Shown piece by piece: positions 7,819-16,859 of a DNA stretch of 43,272 nt. Below the pieces are notes generated by a model, which did no database searches, was not told where the DNA came from, and saw nothing but the letters and a program-made list of their open reading frames with translations. How positions within the stretch are numbered: position 1 is the first letter of the stretch; each line of letters begins with the position of its first letter. The position numbers were made by a program, and so were the translations under genes. Source of the stretch: a candidate division WWE3 bacterium (GTDB lineage: Bacteria; Patescibacteriota; WWE3; JAPLWK01); NCBI GenBank assembly GCA_026396615.1, contig JAPLWK010000009.1, forward strand, positions 1 through 43,272. The letters run 5' to 3'.

Positions 7819-9588
7819 TTAATCCAGTACAGCTTTGATGCGTCTGACCCCGGCAGAAACCGCTTCTTCTTTAACGATCTTGAAATGACCTAACTCTGAA
7901 ATATTAGTAACATGCGGTCCAGTACAGGCTTCGACTGAGAAATCGCCGATTTGGTAGACTTTAACCTGGTCGCCATATTTAGTCTCAAACAGTAACGTCG
8001 CCCCTAAAGACCGCGCTTCATCTGGGGACATAACACTAAATTTGACCGGTAACGCCTCTTTAATTTTCTGGTTAACGATGTCCTCAACTTTCTGAAGTAC
8101 CAGAGCTTCGACCTTTTGAGGATAAGAAAAGTCAAAACGCAAGCGTTCCGACGTAATATTACTACCCTTTTGGTTGACATCTTTGCCTAAAACTTGACGT
8201 AAAGCTTCGTGCAGAAGGTGAGTGGCGGTGTGATATTTAACTACTTGAACAGATTCGTCAACTAAGCCACTTTTAAACATGCCCGCTGAAGCCGTTCGAG
8301 ATTGCTCCTGATGGGCTTTTAAATCTTTATTAAAGGATTCTTTATCTAAAACTAAACCTTTCTCCTGGTAAATCTCTTCCGTCACCTCAATTGGAAAGCC
8401 ATACGACTGATACAAGTCAAACGGTGAAATTTGACCAATTTTACTTAGGCCTAAATTAAGAGTTTTTCCAAAACGATCGCGTTCCTCAAGCACAACTGCC
8501 AAGATGTTTTCAACAGTGGTGTTTTTAAAATAATCTGTTGAACCGTAAGTTTCAAAAACAGCTGTCACGACGCTATTATAAACATTGTCAGTGAGGATAT
8601 CGGAGGTTTTACCACTCATTTTCTGCATTTTTACCATAGCTCGACGCATTAAACGCCTTAAAAAATATCCTTGTAATTTATTGTCGGGACGCACCCCATC
8701 GGCAATTAAAAAGACCGCCGCCTTTAGATGGTCAGCAATTATTTGGCAATCACTTTTTATGTCACGTCCGTTACTAGCACCACAAGTTGAAGCAGCAACT
8801 GCGGTAATATTTGTAAATAAATCTGACTGAAATACGTCCGGATTATCGTTTACAACCGCAAGCAATCGCTCAAGCCCCCCACCAAAATCAATATTTCTCT
8901 GGATTAAAGGTTCAAAACCTCTCTCCGTTTTTTTGTAGGTCATAAAAACACTATTTCCAAATTCTAAAAAGCGACCACAATCACAATTTGGATGACAGTG
9001 CTCGCCGTATTTTGGATTATGGGGGACGTTTGGAAACTCAAAGAAAATCTCAGAATCAGGTCCTCCGGGTTCCCCTACTGGCATCTGATCGGGAGTTCCC
9101 GAGCGACTCCACCAGTTTTTCTCAACGCCATAAAAATAGATATGATTTTCAGGAATTCCTAAACTTTTCCAAATCGAGGCCGTTTCTTCATCTTTAGGAA
9201 TTAAATCATTTCCTTCAAACACCGAAACGTACAAACGGTCAACTGGAATCTGAAGTTCATTGGTAAGTAACTCGTATAACCAAGTCAACTGCTCTTTCTT
9301 AAAGTAATCTCCAAGTGACCAATTTCCAAGCATTTCAAAAAAAGTGTTGTGGCGGGAATCGCCGACCTCATCAATATCCTGGGTTCTAAAGCATTTTTGA
9401 GAGTCTACTAGACGAGTCCCTAAAGGATGATTGTCACCTAAAAGATAAGGTATCATCGGTTGCATCCCAGCACTGGTAAAAAGTGTGGTCGGATCGTTTT
9501 CGGGAACTAAAGAAGCCGAGGGAATAATTTTATGTCCCCTAGAAACAAAGAAATCGAGATATTTTTGGCGTAATTCGGAGGAGGTCAT
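7819..9588 (-). CDS. alaS: alanine--tRNA ligase, short form lacking the C-Ala domain
   Basis: 589-aa ORF. The AlaRS N-terminus is ...FTSAGMQPMIPYLLG... The editing-domain metal motifs are HTATHLLH and CTGPHV. The ORF stops right after the editing domain. Confidence 0.9.
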   Translation of the reverse strand: MTSSELRQKYLDFFVSRGHKIIPSASLVPENDPTTLFTSAGMQPMIPYLLGDNHPLGTRLVDSQKCFRTQDIDEVGDSRHNTFFEMLGNWSLGDYFKKEQLTWLYELLTNELQIPVDRLYVSVFEGNDLIPKDEETASIWKSLGIPENHIYFYGVEKNWWSRSGTPDQMPVGEPGGPDSEIFFEFPNVPHNPKYGEHCHPNCDCGRFLEFGNSVFMTYKKTERGFEPLIQRNIDFGGGLERLLAVVNDNPDVFQSDLFTNITAVAASTCGASNGRDIKSDCQIIADHLKAAVFLIADGVRPDNKLQGYFLRRLMRRAMVKMQKMSGKTSDILTDNVYNSVVTAVFETYGSTDYFKNTTVENILAVVLEERDRFGKTLNLGLSKIGQISPFDLYQSYGFPIEVTEEIYQEKGLVLDKESFNKDLKAHQEQSRTASAGMFKSGLVDESVQVVKYHTATHLLHEALRQVLGKDVNQKGSNITSERLRFDFSYPQKVEALVLQKVEDIVNQKIKEALPVKFSVMSPDEARSLGATLLFETKYGDQVKVYQIGDFSVEACTGPHVTNISELGHFKIVKEEAVSAGVRRIKAVLD

Positions 9589-9594
9589 GTGGCA

Positions 9595-9600
9595 ATTATA
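9595..9600 (-). promoter_or_regulatory. -10 box, leaderless geometry (alaS)
   Basis: On the minus strand: TATAAT, then 6 nt (TGCCAC), then the ATG at 9588. There is no SD. Confidence 0.45.
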
Positions 9601-9622
9601 TTACAAACCGTATAAAACAGAC

Positions 9623-9646
9623 AGAGACGCATTGTAATGCGTCTCT
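9623..9646 (-). terminator. intrinsic terminator after the YtxH-like gene
   Basis: 10-bp stem AGAGACGCAT / ATGCGTCTCT with a 4-nt loop. On the minus strand it is followed by CTGTTTTATA. Confidence 0.65.
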
Positions 9647-9669
9647 ACAGGTTTATCCGACGTGATTAA

Positions 9670-10017
9670 TTATTGATTAAACAACTTCTTAATCGGCCGC
9701 GTTACTTTCTTAATTTCTTTACGGTGATCATCTACAAAATCTTCGACTTGACCGCGAGCTTCTGTGGCTCGGTCTGACACCTCTTCCGCCATATTGGAGA
9801 GGCTATCTTCAAATTCCTCTACGTAAGGCTCAGCCGCTTCCGCCACTTCCCGAGCCACCTTACGAGCTTTTTTTTGCAAATGACGACCGGAAACTACTAA
9901 GGATTCCCGAGTTTCCTCGCCGCTTGCCGGAGCGAATAAAATCCCCGCCGCCGCCCCCAAGACTGCTCCCAGAAGGACTCCTAACGTAAAACTTTCACCG
10001 GAGTGGTGTTCGCACAT
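9670..10017 (-). CDS. YtxH-like protein
   Basis: 115-aa ORF. It has a Gly/Ala-rich hydrophobic segment (GVLLGAVLGAAAGILFAPASGEETRE) and a charged helical tail. The SD AAGGAGG lies 5 nt upstream. Confidence 0.7.
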   Translation of the reverse strand: MCEHHSGESFTLGVLLGAVLGAAAGILFAPASGEETRESLVVSGRHLQKKARKVAREVAEAAEPYVEEFEDSLSNMAEEVSDRATEARGQVEDFVDDHRKEIKKVTRPIKKLFNQ

Positions 10018-10312
10018 TTCTACCTCCTTTCTCTTCTCTCAAAATAGATGAGACACTACCGCGTTTATCCATTAGATCTTTAATAAAATTAAATGAAGAT
10101 AGCCCGGCCGAAAGGGTCCCCAAAACACCGCTGGTGTTAATGACCGGCACGGAAACGGCCTCGGCCATATTATTAGTGGTATCAAGTAGAACGTTAACCT
10201 TTTTAATAGTTTCCCGAGCTTCTTTAAGAATTAAAGCAATATAAACACCTACTAACATGAGGTTGAGTGAGAGAAGACCGATAATAATGATAAGCAGTGT
10301 ATTAGTATCCAT
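9995..10312 (-). CDS. DUF948-like small membrane protein
   Basis: The ORF-track frame was trimmed to the ATG at 10312 (MDTNTLLIIIIGLLSLNLMLVGVYIALILKEARETIKK...). The track start at 10354 is the TTG inside the predicted -35 box. Confidence 0.6.
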   Translation of the reverse strand: MDTNTLLIIIIGLLSLNLMLVGVYIALILKEARETIKKVNVLLDTTNNMAEAVSVPVINTSGVLGTLSAGLSSFNFIKDLMDKRGSVSSILREEKGGRNVRTPLR

Positions 10313-10325
10313 GGCAGTAATTAAT

Positions 10326-10354
10326 ACTTTAGAGTGAATAAAGGCGACCGTCAA
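10326..10354 (-). promoter_or_regulatory. sigma70-like promoter for the DUF948/YtxH pair
   Basis: On the minus strand: TTGACG (10354-10349), 17 nt, TAAAGT (10331-10326). The ATG lies 13 nt downstream. Confidence 0.45.
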
Positions 10355-10363
10355 CGCCCAAAA

Positions 10364-12565
10364 CTAACCTTCGCTATCGCCTCGACTTAAGACATCGCGG
10401 GGCTTGCTGCCATTGGGGGCACTCACTATTCCAGCTGCCTCCAGTTGATCGAGTAACCTCGCAGCCCGGGCGTAACCAATTTTAAAGCGCCGCTGTAAAA
10501 GTGAGGAAGAAGCTGTGTCATTTTGTTGAACCATAGATTTGGCCTCCGAAAAAAGCTCATCACGATCGTTGCTTGTAGCACTATCGCCACCCATAGAGGT
10601 ATCAACCGACAATTTAGGGTTAATAACCTCTTCTTTGTATTCCGGAGTGACATTCGAATTTCGCAGAAACTCGGTTAAGCCGTTAATTTCGGCATCACTA
10701 ACGTATACTCCCTGAATTCGCTTGGGTTTACTGGCTTCCGGCGGCACATACAACATATCGCCCCGCCCTAGTAGTTTTTCGGCCCCCGGTTGATCAATAA
10801 TCACTCGCGAATCGATTTGAGAGGTGACGTTAAAGGCCACTCGAGTTGGAATATTGGCTTTAATAAGACCGGTTAAAACGTCTACTGATGGTCGCTGAGT
10901 AGCCAGGACCAAATGAATGCCCACCGCTCGGGCCATTTGGGCAAGGCGACAAATGGATTTTTCAATTTCAACCGGCGCCACGTGCATTAAATCAGCGAAT
11001 TCGTCAACGACGATAACAATGTAAGGTAAAGCTTGGAAGCCAGACAGCTCGTTATAGCCACTAATATTTCTAACTTTAGCACTTTCAAAAAGACGGTAGC
11101 GACGCTCCATTTCCGAAACCGCCCATCGCAAGGCTTTTAAAGCGTTATCCGGTTCAGTAATAACCGGGGTGATTAAGTGGGGAATGTCTTCATAGGCTGT
11201 AAACTCCACGCGTTTTGGATCTATTAAAATAAATTTGACCTCGCTGGGAGAAGCCCTAAACAAAATTGAGGAAATAAAAGCATTAATTAAAACCGATTTA
11301 CCGCTACCGGTACTACCGGCGACTAAAATGTGTGGCATACGGGTAATATCCGCCATAATCGCCGTCCCCGCAACATCAAGCCCTAAAGCCACGGTGAGCT
11401 TAGATTTGGAATTTTTCATCACCTCCGAAGTTAAAACATTCCGTAAAGTCACTAGTGATGGGGAGAAGTTCGGGACCTCGATGCCAACCAGTGAACGCCC
11501 AGGAATAGGCGCTTCGACGCGAACCTGACCGTTGGGAGAGGACAGGGCCATCGCCAAATCATTTTGGAGGCTAACCACTTTAGCAATTTTAGTGCCAATT
11601 GGTGATTCCAAAGCGTATTGAGTAACGGCCGGACCGGGATTAACCTCCACCACTTTCGCCCGAATGCCAAAAGAATCAAGCGTGTTTTCGATAATGCCCG
11701 CTCGCAACTTGGGATCGCCGTAATCTCCGGCCTTAATCGGCGCGTCAGAAAGTAAAGTTAAAGGCGGGTACTCCCACACATGGTCCGAAAAAGGCATATT
11801 AGTAACCGTTTCCTCTTTTAGAGTGACTTTCTCTCCCAGTTCTCGCTTTTTAAAAGGCTCCGCGGTCTTGGGAGTTTCCTCCGTTACCGGCTCCCTGGGG
11901 CTATCTATAATTTCAAAATTAGCGCCTTTAATTTTTAGTTCCGAAACCGGCTTTATAATTTCAATATCCGGATCATCGATATCGGCTGCGACCTCTGCTT
12001 CTGTTTTTTTAGCCACCGCCGCCTCTTGAAGGGATTTAAACAACCCAATTATTGCCTTAAATAAAACCATAAACAGAGAAGCTATAGCCCGCAATAACCA
12101 ACTAATAAACTTAAGAGCGTTTTCAATTGAAGCGTTAAAGGAAATAATAAAAGAAATCAGAAAACCGGCCACCGCGATAAAGAGAATACCGAGAGCTGGA
12201 ATAAACCTGGTTAAACTACTATAAAGCGCTCCCGCCAACACCCCGCCTTTTTCAATAGATATGTATGATCCTAATAGCAAAAACGACACCCAAAAAGTTA
12301 GAGCCCCAAATAGCACTCGCAGTTCAATTAGCGGGAGTTTTAGCCGGCGCCACAAAATTAAACCGGTAAAGATAAGTAACACCGGTATAAACCAACTGCC
12401 CCAACCAAAGAGATGTTTTATATAATTACTGGGAGCGGAATTGCTGCCGGAATAAAGGAGCAACCCGGTTAACAGGGCAGCTAAAATGAGAAGGACCGAG
12501 GCAGTAGAAGTAACACTGCCTTTCTTTAATTTAAATTTAATCGCTCGTTTTCGTCCCCTGGCCAC
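10364..12565 (-). CDS. ftsK: DNA translocase FtsK/SpoIIIE
   Basis: 733-aa ORF with a GTG start. It has a polytopic N-terminal membrane domain, the Walker A motif GSTGSGKS and a C-terminal gamma winged helix (LLQRRFKIGYARAARLLDQLEAAGIV). Confidence 0.9.
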   Translation of the reverse strand: MARGRKRAIKFKLKKGSVTSTASVLLILAALLTGLLLYSGSNSAPSNYIKHLFGWGSWFIPVLLIFTGLILWRRLKLPLIELRVLFGALTFWVSFLLLGSYISIEKGGVLAGALYSSLTRFIPALGILFIAVAGFLISFIISFNASIENALKFISWLLRAIASLFMVLFKAIIGLFKSLQEAAVAKKTEAEVAADIDDPDIEIIKPVSELKIKGANFEIIDSPREPVTEETPKTAEPFKKRELGEKVTLKEETVTNMPFSDHVWEYPPLTLLSDAPIKAGDYGDPKLRAGIIENTLDSFGIRAKVVEVNPGPAVTQYALESPIGTKIAKVVSLQNDLAMALSSPNGQVRVEAPIPGRSLVGIEVPNFSPSLVTLRNVLTSEVMKNSKSKLTVALGLDVAGTAIMADITRMPHILVAGSTGSGKSVLINAFISSILFRASPSEVKFILIDPKRVEFTAYEDIPHLITPVITEPDNALKALRWAVSEMERRYRLFESAKVRNISGYNELSGFQALPYIVIVVDEFADLMHVAPVEIEKSICRLAQMARAVGIHLVLATQRPSVDVLTGLIKANIPTRVAFNVTSQIDSRVIIDQPGAEKLLGRGDMLYVPPEASKPKRIQGVYVSDAEINGLTEFLRNSNVTPEYKEEVINPKLSVDTSMGGDSATSNDRDELFSEAKSMVQQNDTASSSLLQRRFKIGYARAARLLDQLEAAGIVSAPNGSKPRDVLSRGDSEG

Positions 12566-12571
12566 CCTTTA

Positions 12572-12580
12572 ATTGTAGCA
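12572..12580 (-). promoter_or_regulatory. extended -10 box, leaderless geometry (ftsK)
   Basis: On the minus strand: TGcTACAAT, then 6 nt (TAAAGG), then the GTG at 12565. Confidence 0.45.
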
Positions 12581-12621
12581 GAAAGATTGGAATTACTTGA
12601 AGACTTGTTTAGAGGAAGAAA

Positions 12622-12888
12622 TTATTTAACCTTGTATCGAATCCGCTTGCGTTTGGCTTTGGGGTTGTTGGCCGGATTTTTGACGCCGCGCTTCCAACCG
12701 AGCCCCTTGGTTAAACGACTTTGACCGCCTTGAAAGAAAGCCGAAATTTTACCGGTACCCTCACGACTATTTTGACCCTTATCACCCCGCCCAGATTTAG
12801 AACCCTTGCCGGAGCCATAGCCTTGACCAAGACGCTTGTTTGGTTTATTCCAGCCTTTTAATTGTGGTAAAGAATGTATGGTAATCAT
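12622..12888 (-). CDS. rplO: 50S ribosomal protein L15, truncated form (88 aa)
   Basis: The N-terminal L15 motifs KRLGQGYGSGKGSKSGRGDKGQ and FQGGQSRL are present. The ORF ends about 60 aa earlier than usual L15. Only 56 nt remain before ftsK, so no missing exon or frame is available. Confidence 0.8.
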   Translation of the reverse strand: MITIHSLPQLKGWNKPNKRLGQGYGSGKGSKSGRGDKGQNSREGTGKISAFFQGGQSRLTKGLGWKRGVKNPANNPKAKRKRIRYKVK

Positions 12889-13352
12889 GTTCTCTTAGCA
12901 ATTGTGGCTGACAATAATTTTAAAGCCTTCACTGTAGCGTAAGCGTTATTAATTTTGTTGTTATTACCAAGCATTTTAGCGGAAACATCGTGCACCCCGC
13001 CCAAATCCAAAATAATCCGTAAAGCGCCACCGGCAATAAGTCCACTGCCCGCGGGAGCCGGCTTTAAAAGAACAGAAGCCCCACCAAACTTCGTAGCTAC
13101 CACTCCGGGAATAGTGTTATTACGCAGCGGAATAGTAAATAACGCCCGCTTCGCTTTGGAAACAGCCTTATGAAGAGCTGTTGCGACCTCGGGAGCTTTG
13201 CCTAAAGCAACACCAACTTGACCTTTGCGATTTCCAATACACACCAAGACCGCATAACCAACTTTATTTCCACCCTTAATTTTTTTACTGGTCCGATTAT
13301 TTTGGATAATCTTTTCTTCGTATTCACTTTTTTCCCGTGGTTGATAAGCCAT
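12885..13352 (-). CDS. rpsE: 30S ribosomal protein S5
   Basis: 155-aa ORF with ...GNRKGQVGVALGKAPEVATALHKA... It overlaps rplO by 4 nt. Confidence 0.95.
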   Translation of the reverse strand: MAYQPREKSEYEEKIIQNNRTSKKIKGGNKVGYAVLVCIGNRKGQVGVALGKAPEVATALHKAVSKAKRALFTIPLRNNTIPGVVATKFGGASVLLKPAPAGSGLIAGGALRIILDLGGVHDVSAKMLGNNNKINNAYATVKALKLLSATIAKRT

Positions 13353-13356
13353 AATT

Positions 13357-13716
13357 TTAAATTATTAAACCTGCCGCGCGAATGCCATCCGCGAGACGTG
13401 CGACCCGACCATGATACAAATAACCGTTACGATCAAAAACACCTGATTTAATTCCCGCCTTAATAGACTTTTCGCCAAAGAGTTTTCCCACTAATTCCGC
13501 CCGCTCTGATTTATTCTTTTTTTGCTCCGCGGCCGTTAAATCAAAATCTGAAGCGTAGGCTAAAGTGGCCGCTTTATCATCGTTGATTGCCTGCACGATC
13601 ATTCGAGTATTAGTGCGACGAACGCTAATTCGAGGACTTTCGGACGAACCCCAAACCTTGGCCCGGACTCGGATCTTGCGTCTTTCTAAATTTGTTCTTT
13701 TAGTTACAGCAGCCAT
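13357..13716 (-). CDS. rplR: 50S ribosomal protein L18
   Basis: 119-aa ORF with ...RISVRRTNTRMIVQAIND...GYLYHGRVARLADGIRAAGL. Confidence 0.95.
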   Translation of the reverse strand: MAAVTKRTNLERRKIRVRAKVWGSSESPRISVRRTNTRMIVQAINDDKAATLAYASDFDLTAAEQKKNKSERAELVGKLFGEKSIKAGIKSGVFDRNGYLYHGRVARLADGIRAAGLII

Positions 13717-13720
13717 AAAA

Positions 13721-14266
13721 TTACTTGCTAGCGCCGGCCTTCCCCGACTTCCCGGCCTTACGACGAATTATCTCACCGGCGTATTTAATTCCTTTACCCT
13801 TGTACGGTTCCGGTTTGCGAATCTTTCGAATCTTGGCGGCCGTTTGGCCCACTAAATTCTTGCTGTTACCGCTTAACGTTATTTTAGTGTTAGCCTCCAC
13901 AACAGCAGTAATGCCCTCGGGAATCTCAAAAAGAACCACGTGTGAATAGCCAGCGGTAACTTCTAAAATTTGACCTTTAACAATCGATTTAAAACCAACC
14001 CCGACCATTTCCAAGGATTTAGTCCAACCGGTTGAGACCCCAATGACGGCGTTATTAATTAGAGCCCGAGTGGTACCCCAAGACGGATACAGTAGCTCTT
14101 TTTCACAAGTGACGTTGACTTTATCGTCCTGTACGTTAACGTGAATTCCTTGGGGAAAAGAGACCATTTGATCCCCTTTAGACCCATGCACCAAAACTTC
14201 ACGGTCCTTAACCGTTACGGCAACACCCATTGGTATTACGACCGGTAATTTTCCAATTCTAGACAT
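13721..14266 (-). CDS. rplF: 50S ribosomal protein L6
   Basis: 181-aa ORF starting MSRIGKLPVVIP..., with conserved spc order. Confidence 0.95.
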   Translation of the reverse strand: MSRIGKLPVVIPMGVAVTVKDREVLVHGSKGDQMVSFPQGIHVNVQDDKVNVTCEKELLYPSWGTTRALINNAVIGVSTGWTKSLEMVGVGFKSIVKGQILEVTAGYSHVVLFEIPEGITAVVEANTKITLSGNSKNLVGQTAAKIRKIRKPEPYKGKGIKYAGEIIRRKAGKSGKAGASK

Positions 14267-14275
14267 AATAAATAA

Positions 14276-14656
14276 TTACCAAACTTCAAATAAAACTTCG
14301 CCGCCAATTTTTAATTTTCGAGCTTCACGATCAGTTAAGATGCCTTTTGGAGTAGACAAAACAGCCACTCCCATGCCTCCCAGCACCGGATTTAAATCTG
14401 CGTAACCTTTGTAAACCCGTAAGCCGGATTTAGAAATCCGTCGAATTCCTGATAATTTACTTGTAGGCATTACATGCAAACTTTTATAGCTAACTTTGCT
14501 TTCTTTAAAAACTCTGACCTCTGAAACATAACCAAGTTTTTCGAGCAACTTGGCAATATGCTCATTAAGCTTTGTTAAAGGTAGTTCTACCGCTTTTTGA
14601 GTGGCGGCGGCGTTTTTAATTCTAATTATAAAATCGGCAACAGTATCATTAACCAT
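14276..14656 (-). CDS. rpsH: 30S ribosomal protein S8
   Basis: 126-aa ORF with ...DTVADFIIRIKNA... and ...GGEVLFEVW. Confidence 0.95.
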   Translation of the reverse strand: MVNDTVADFIIRIKNAAATQKAVELPLTKLNEHIAKLLEKLGYVSEVRVFKESKVSYKSLHVMPTSKLSGIRRISKSGLRVYKGYADLNPVLGGMGVAVLSTPKGILTDREARKLKIGGEVLFEVW

Positions 14657-14657
14657 A

Positions 14658-14837
14658 TTATATTTTAGCTACTCCCGGTATCTCGCCTTTAAGCGCAAGT
14701 TCTCGAAAACAGATCCTACAAATTCCAAAACGGCGAATAAAACCGTGCCTCCGACCACAAAGCGCACAGCGGTTATACTTGCGAGTCGAAAATTTCGGGG
14801 TTTGCTTTTGTTTAATTACCAAACATTTTTTAGCCAT
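14658..14837 (-). CDS. rpsN: 30S ribosomal protein S14, zinc-binding type Z
   Basis: Hand-translated 59-aa ORF, below the track cutoff: [59 protein letters not shown]. It has CxxC...CxxC and sits between rplE and rpsH. Confidence 0.9.
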   Translation of the reverse strand: MAKKCLVIKQKQTPKFSTRKYNRCALCGRRHGFIRRFGICRICFRELALKGEIPGVAKI

Positions 14838-14842
14838 AAATA

Positions 14843-15316
14843 TTAAACCTTGCCTTTTATGAAAGGCATTCCCAATGAGGTTAAGAATGACCTGGCCTCA
14901 TCATCAGTCTTACAATTAGTCCCAATAGTCACTTCCAAACCCTTTATTTTCGTTGCTCTGTTCGGGTCGATCTCCGGAAAAATAGAGTGCTCGGAAATAC
15001 CCAGTGTATAATTACCGGCCCCATCAAAAGATTTAGGAGAAACGCCTCTAAAATCTCGGACTCGTGGTAACACTACTTGAATTAATTTATCCAAAAAAGC
15101 CTTGGCCCTGGGCCCCCGCAAAGTACAAGTTAAACCAATTAATTCTCCCTCTCGTAATTTAAAGTTAGAAATGGCGAGTCTTGATTTACGAGCAAAAGCT
15201 TTTTGGCCGCAAATTAACGCCAATTCGTTAGTTGACTCTTCTACAAAAGCCTTATCGTCTTTTACGCGTCCGATTCCCATATTAACGTTTATCTTCGTTA
15301 TGGAAGCTTTATTCAT
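14843..15316 (-). CDS. rplE: 50S ribosomal protein L5 (short N-terminus)
   Basis: The L5 core is ...INVNMGIG...LPRVRDFRG...[11 protein letters not shown]... The start was set to the ATG at 15316, giving an ATGA overlap with the rplX stop. The track start at 15340 is also possible. Confidence 0.9.
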   Translation of the reverse strand: MNKASITKINVNMGIGRVKDDKAFVEESTNELALICGQKAFARKSRLAISNFKLREGELIGLTCTLRGPRAKAFLDKLIQVVLPRVRDFRGVSPKSFDGAGNYTLGISEHSIFPEIDPNRATKIKGLEVTIGTNCKTDDEARSFLTSLGMPFIKGKV

Positions 15317-15624
15317 AATACTTCTCCGCATTTTTTGCAAGCCCTCACTTTTTTACCCTCTACAAATTTAAAGCCGATTCGAGATACTTTGTTGCATTTA
15401 GAACAGATAATGGCAACATTACTGGCGTCAATTGGTTTGGCAATCTTAATTCGACCGCCTTCTTTATTCTGTGCGTTTTTCTTAACATGTTGAGTGGCCA
15501 TATTAACACCTTCGATTAATACTTGGCCGGATTTAGGAAACACCACGCCAACGACACCTTCGTGACCACGATCTTTACCGGATAATACTTTTACTTTATC
15601 GTTAATTCTAATTTTCATAGACAA
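15313..15624 (-). CDS. rplX: 50S ribosomal protein L24
   Basis: 103-aa ORF with a KOW motif (KIRINDKVKVLSGKDRGHEGVV) and a C-terminal CSKC...CKKC. Confidence 0.95.
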   Translation of the reverse strand: MSMKIRINDKVKVLSGKDRGHEGVVGVVFPKSGQVLIEGVNMATQHVKKNAQNKEGGRIKIAKPIDASNVAIICSKCNKVSRIGFKFVEGKKVRACKKCGEVL

Positions 15625-15993
15625 TTACCAAACTTCGGGCGCTAAAGAAATAATTTTAGCAAATCCTAAATCACGTAACTCCCGAGCCACCGGCCCAAAA
15701 ATCCGAGTCCCCAAAGGATTACCATCTTTATCAATGACCACCCCAGCGTTATCGTCAAAACGGACATAAGAGCCGTCACTGCGCCGCACTTCTTTCCGAG
15801 TTCGCACAATAACCACTTTTACCATTTCTCGATCTTTAACCGCTCCTGTCGGAACCGCTCCCCGAACGACGCATTTTATCACATCGCCCAAACGAGCGAT
15901 TCTTTTACCGGTGGGACCGGGAAAAGAAATAGTCATTAAGCTATCGGCTCCGCTATTATCAGCTACCACTAAACGAGTGCGGATTTGAATCAT
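15625..15993 (-). CDS. rplN: 50S ribosomal protein L14
   Basis: The track ORF was trimmed to [16 protein letters not shown]..., the canonical L14 N-terminus. It overlaps rpsQ by 4 nt. Confidence 0.95.
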   Translation of the reverse strand: MIQIRTRLVVADNSGADSLMTISFPGPTGKRIARLGDVIKCVVRGAVPTGAVKDREMVKVVIVRTRKEVRRSDGSYVRFDDNAGVVIDKDGNPLGTRIFGPVARELRDLGFAKIISLAPEVW

Positions 15994-16229
15994 TTTAGAA
16001 CCTCCGTCACTATAAAATGCTTCCGATGGCTTAAAGGACGACAAGGATTAATAACCACTTTATTACCGATAACGACCTTAATAGCTTCCGGAAGATGGGC
16101 TAGAACCCTCTTATGAAACTTGATGCGTTTCCCGTATTTTGGGTCCTTTTTAGGAACGCTGTACTCAACGGTCACCGTCTTCAAAAGTTTAAAACTCACA
16201 ATTTTTCCAGTTAAGGCTTTTTTATTCAT
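15990..16229 (-). CDS. rpsQ: 30S ribosomal protein S17
   Basis: 79-aa ORF located between rpmC and rplN. Confidence 0.9.
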   Translation of the reverse strand: MNKKALTGKIVSFKLLKTVTVEYSVPKKDPKYGKRIKFHKRVLAHLPEAIKVVIGNKVVINPCRPLSHRKHFIVTEVLK

Positions 16230-16231
16230 AA

Positions 16232-16432
16232 TTAATTTTCTAATAATTCTTTTTCGGCAATAATTGTTTTCGCTTGAGCGATTGTCCGCCGTAATTTAGA
16301 CAGCTCACTGGTATTTTTCGATTTATCTAAAATAATATCCATTTTAGTGCGAGCCAGCTTCATTTCCGTCTCCGCGACCATTTTTTTTAATTCGGTAATA
16401 GATTGTTTTCTTACTTCTATGGCTTTAATCAT
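16232..16432 (-). CDS. rpmC: 50S ribosomal protein L29
   Basis: 66-aa helical ORF located between rplP and rpsQ. Confidence 0.9.
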   Translation of the reverse strand: MIKAIEVRKQSITELKKMVAETEMKLARTKMDIILDKSKNTSELSKLRRTIAQAKTIIAEKELLEN

Positions 16433-16857
16433 AAAATCTCACTGGTTACAAAAACCACTTTAGTAGCAATTGGTAATTTATGGCTGGCCCGAGTTAAAGC
16501 TGTTGCCATCGTTTCCCGAGGAAGCCCGCTCATTTCCAGGACCAATTTTCCGGGAGTAATGACGGCCGCGTAGTGATCAACTGCTCCCTTACCACTACCC
16601 ATCCGCACCCCAATGGCTTTTTTAGTAATTGGTTTATCCGGAAAGATTCGGATCCAAAGCCGGCCACCTCTTTTAGTAAAGTGGGTAACCGCTTTACGGG
16701 CCGATTCAATTTGACGGGAAGTTAAGACACCGTAATCAAGCGCCTTTAGGCCCGCCTCACCAAAAGAAATAGTCGTGCCCCGAGAGCCGTAAGTATCGGC
16801 TTTACGATCCATTTGCCGTCGGAATTTTTGACGTTTGGGTAGCATTATACCAGGCAT
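16429..16857 (-). CDS. rplP: 50S ribosomal protein L16
   Basis: 142-aa ORF with ...[11 protein letters not shown]... and ...[12 protein letters not shown]... Confidence 0.95.
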   Translation of the reverse strand: MPGIMLPKRQKFRRQMDRKADTYGSRGTTISFGEAGLKALDYGVLTSRQIESARKAVTHFTKRGGRLWIRIFPDKPITKKAIGVRMGSGKGAVDHYAAVITPGKLVLEMSGLPRETMATALTRASHKLPIATKVVFVTSEIL

Positions 16858-16859
16858 AG

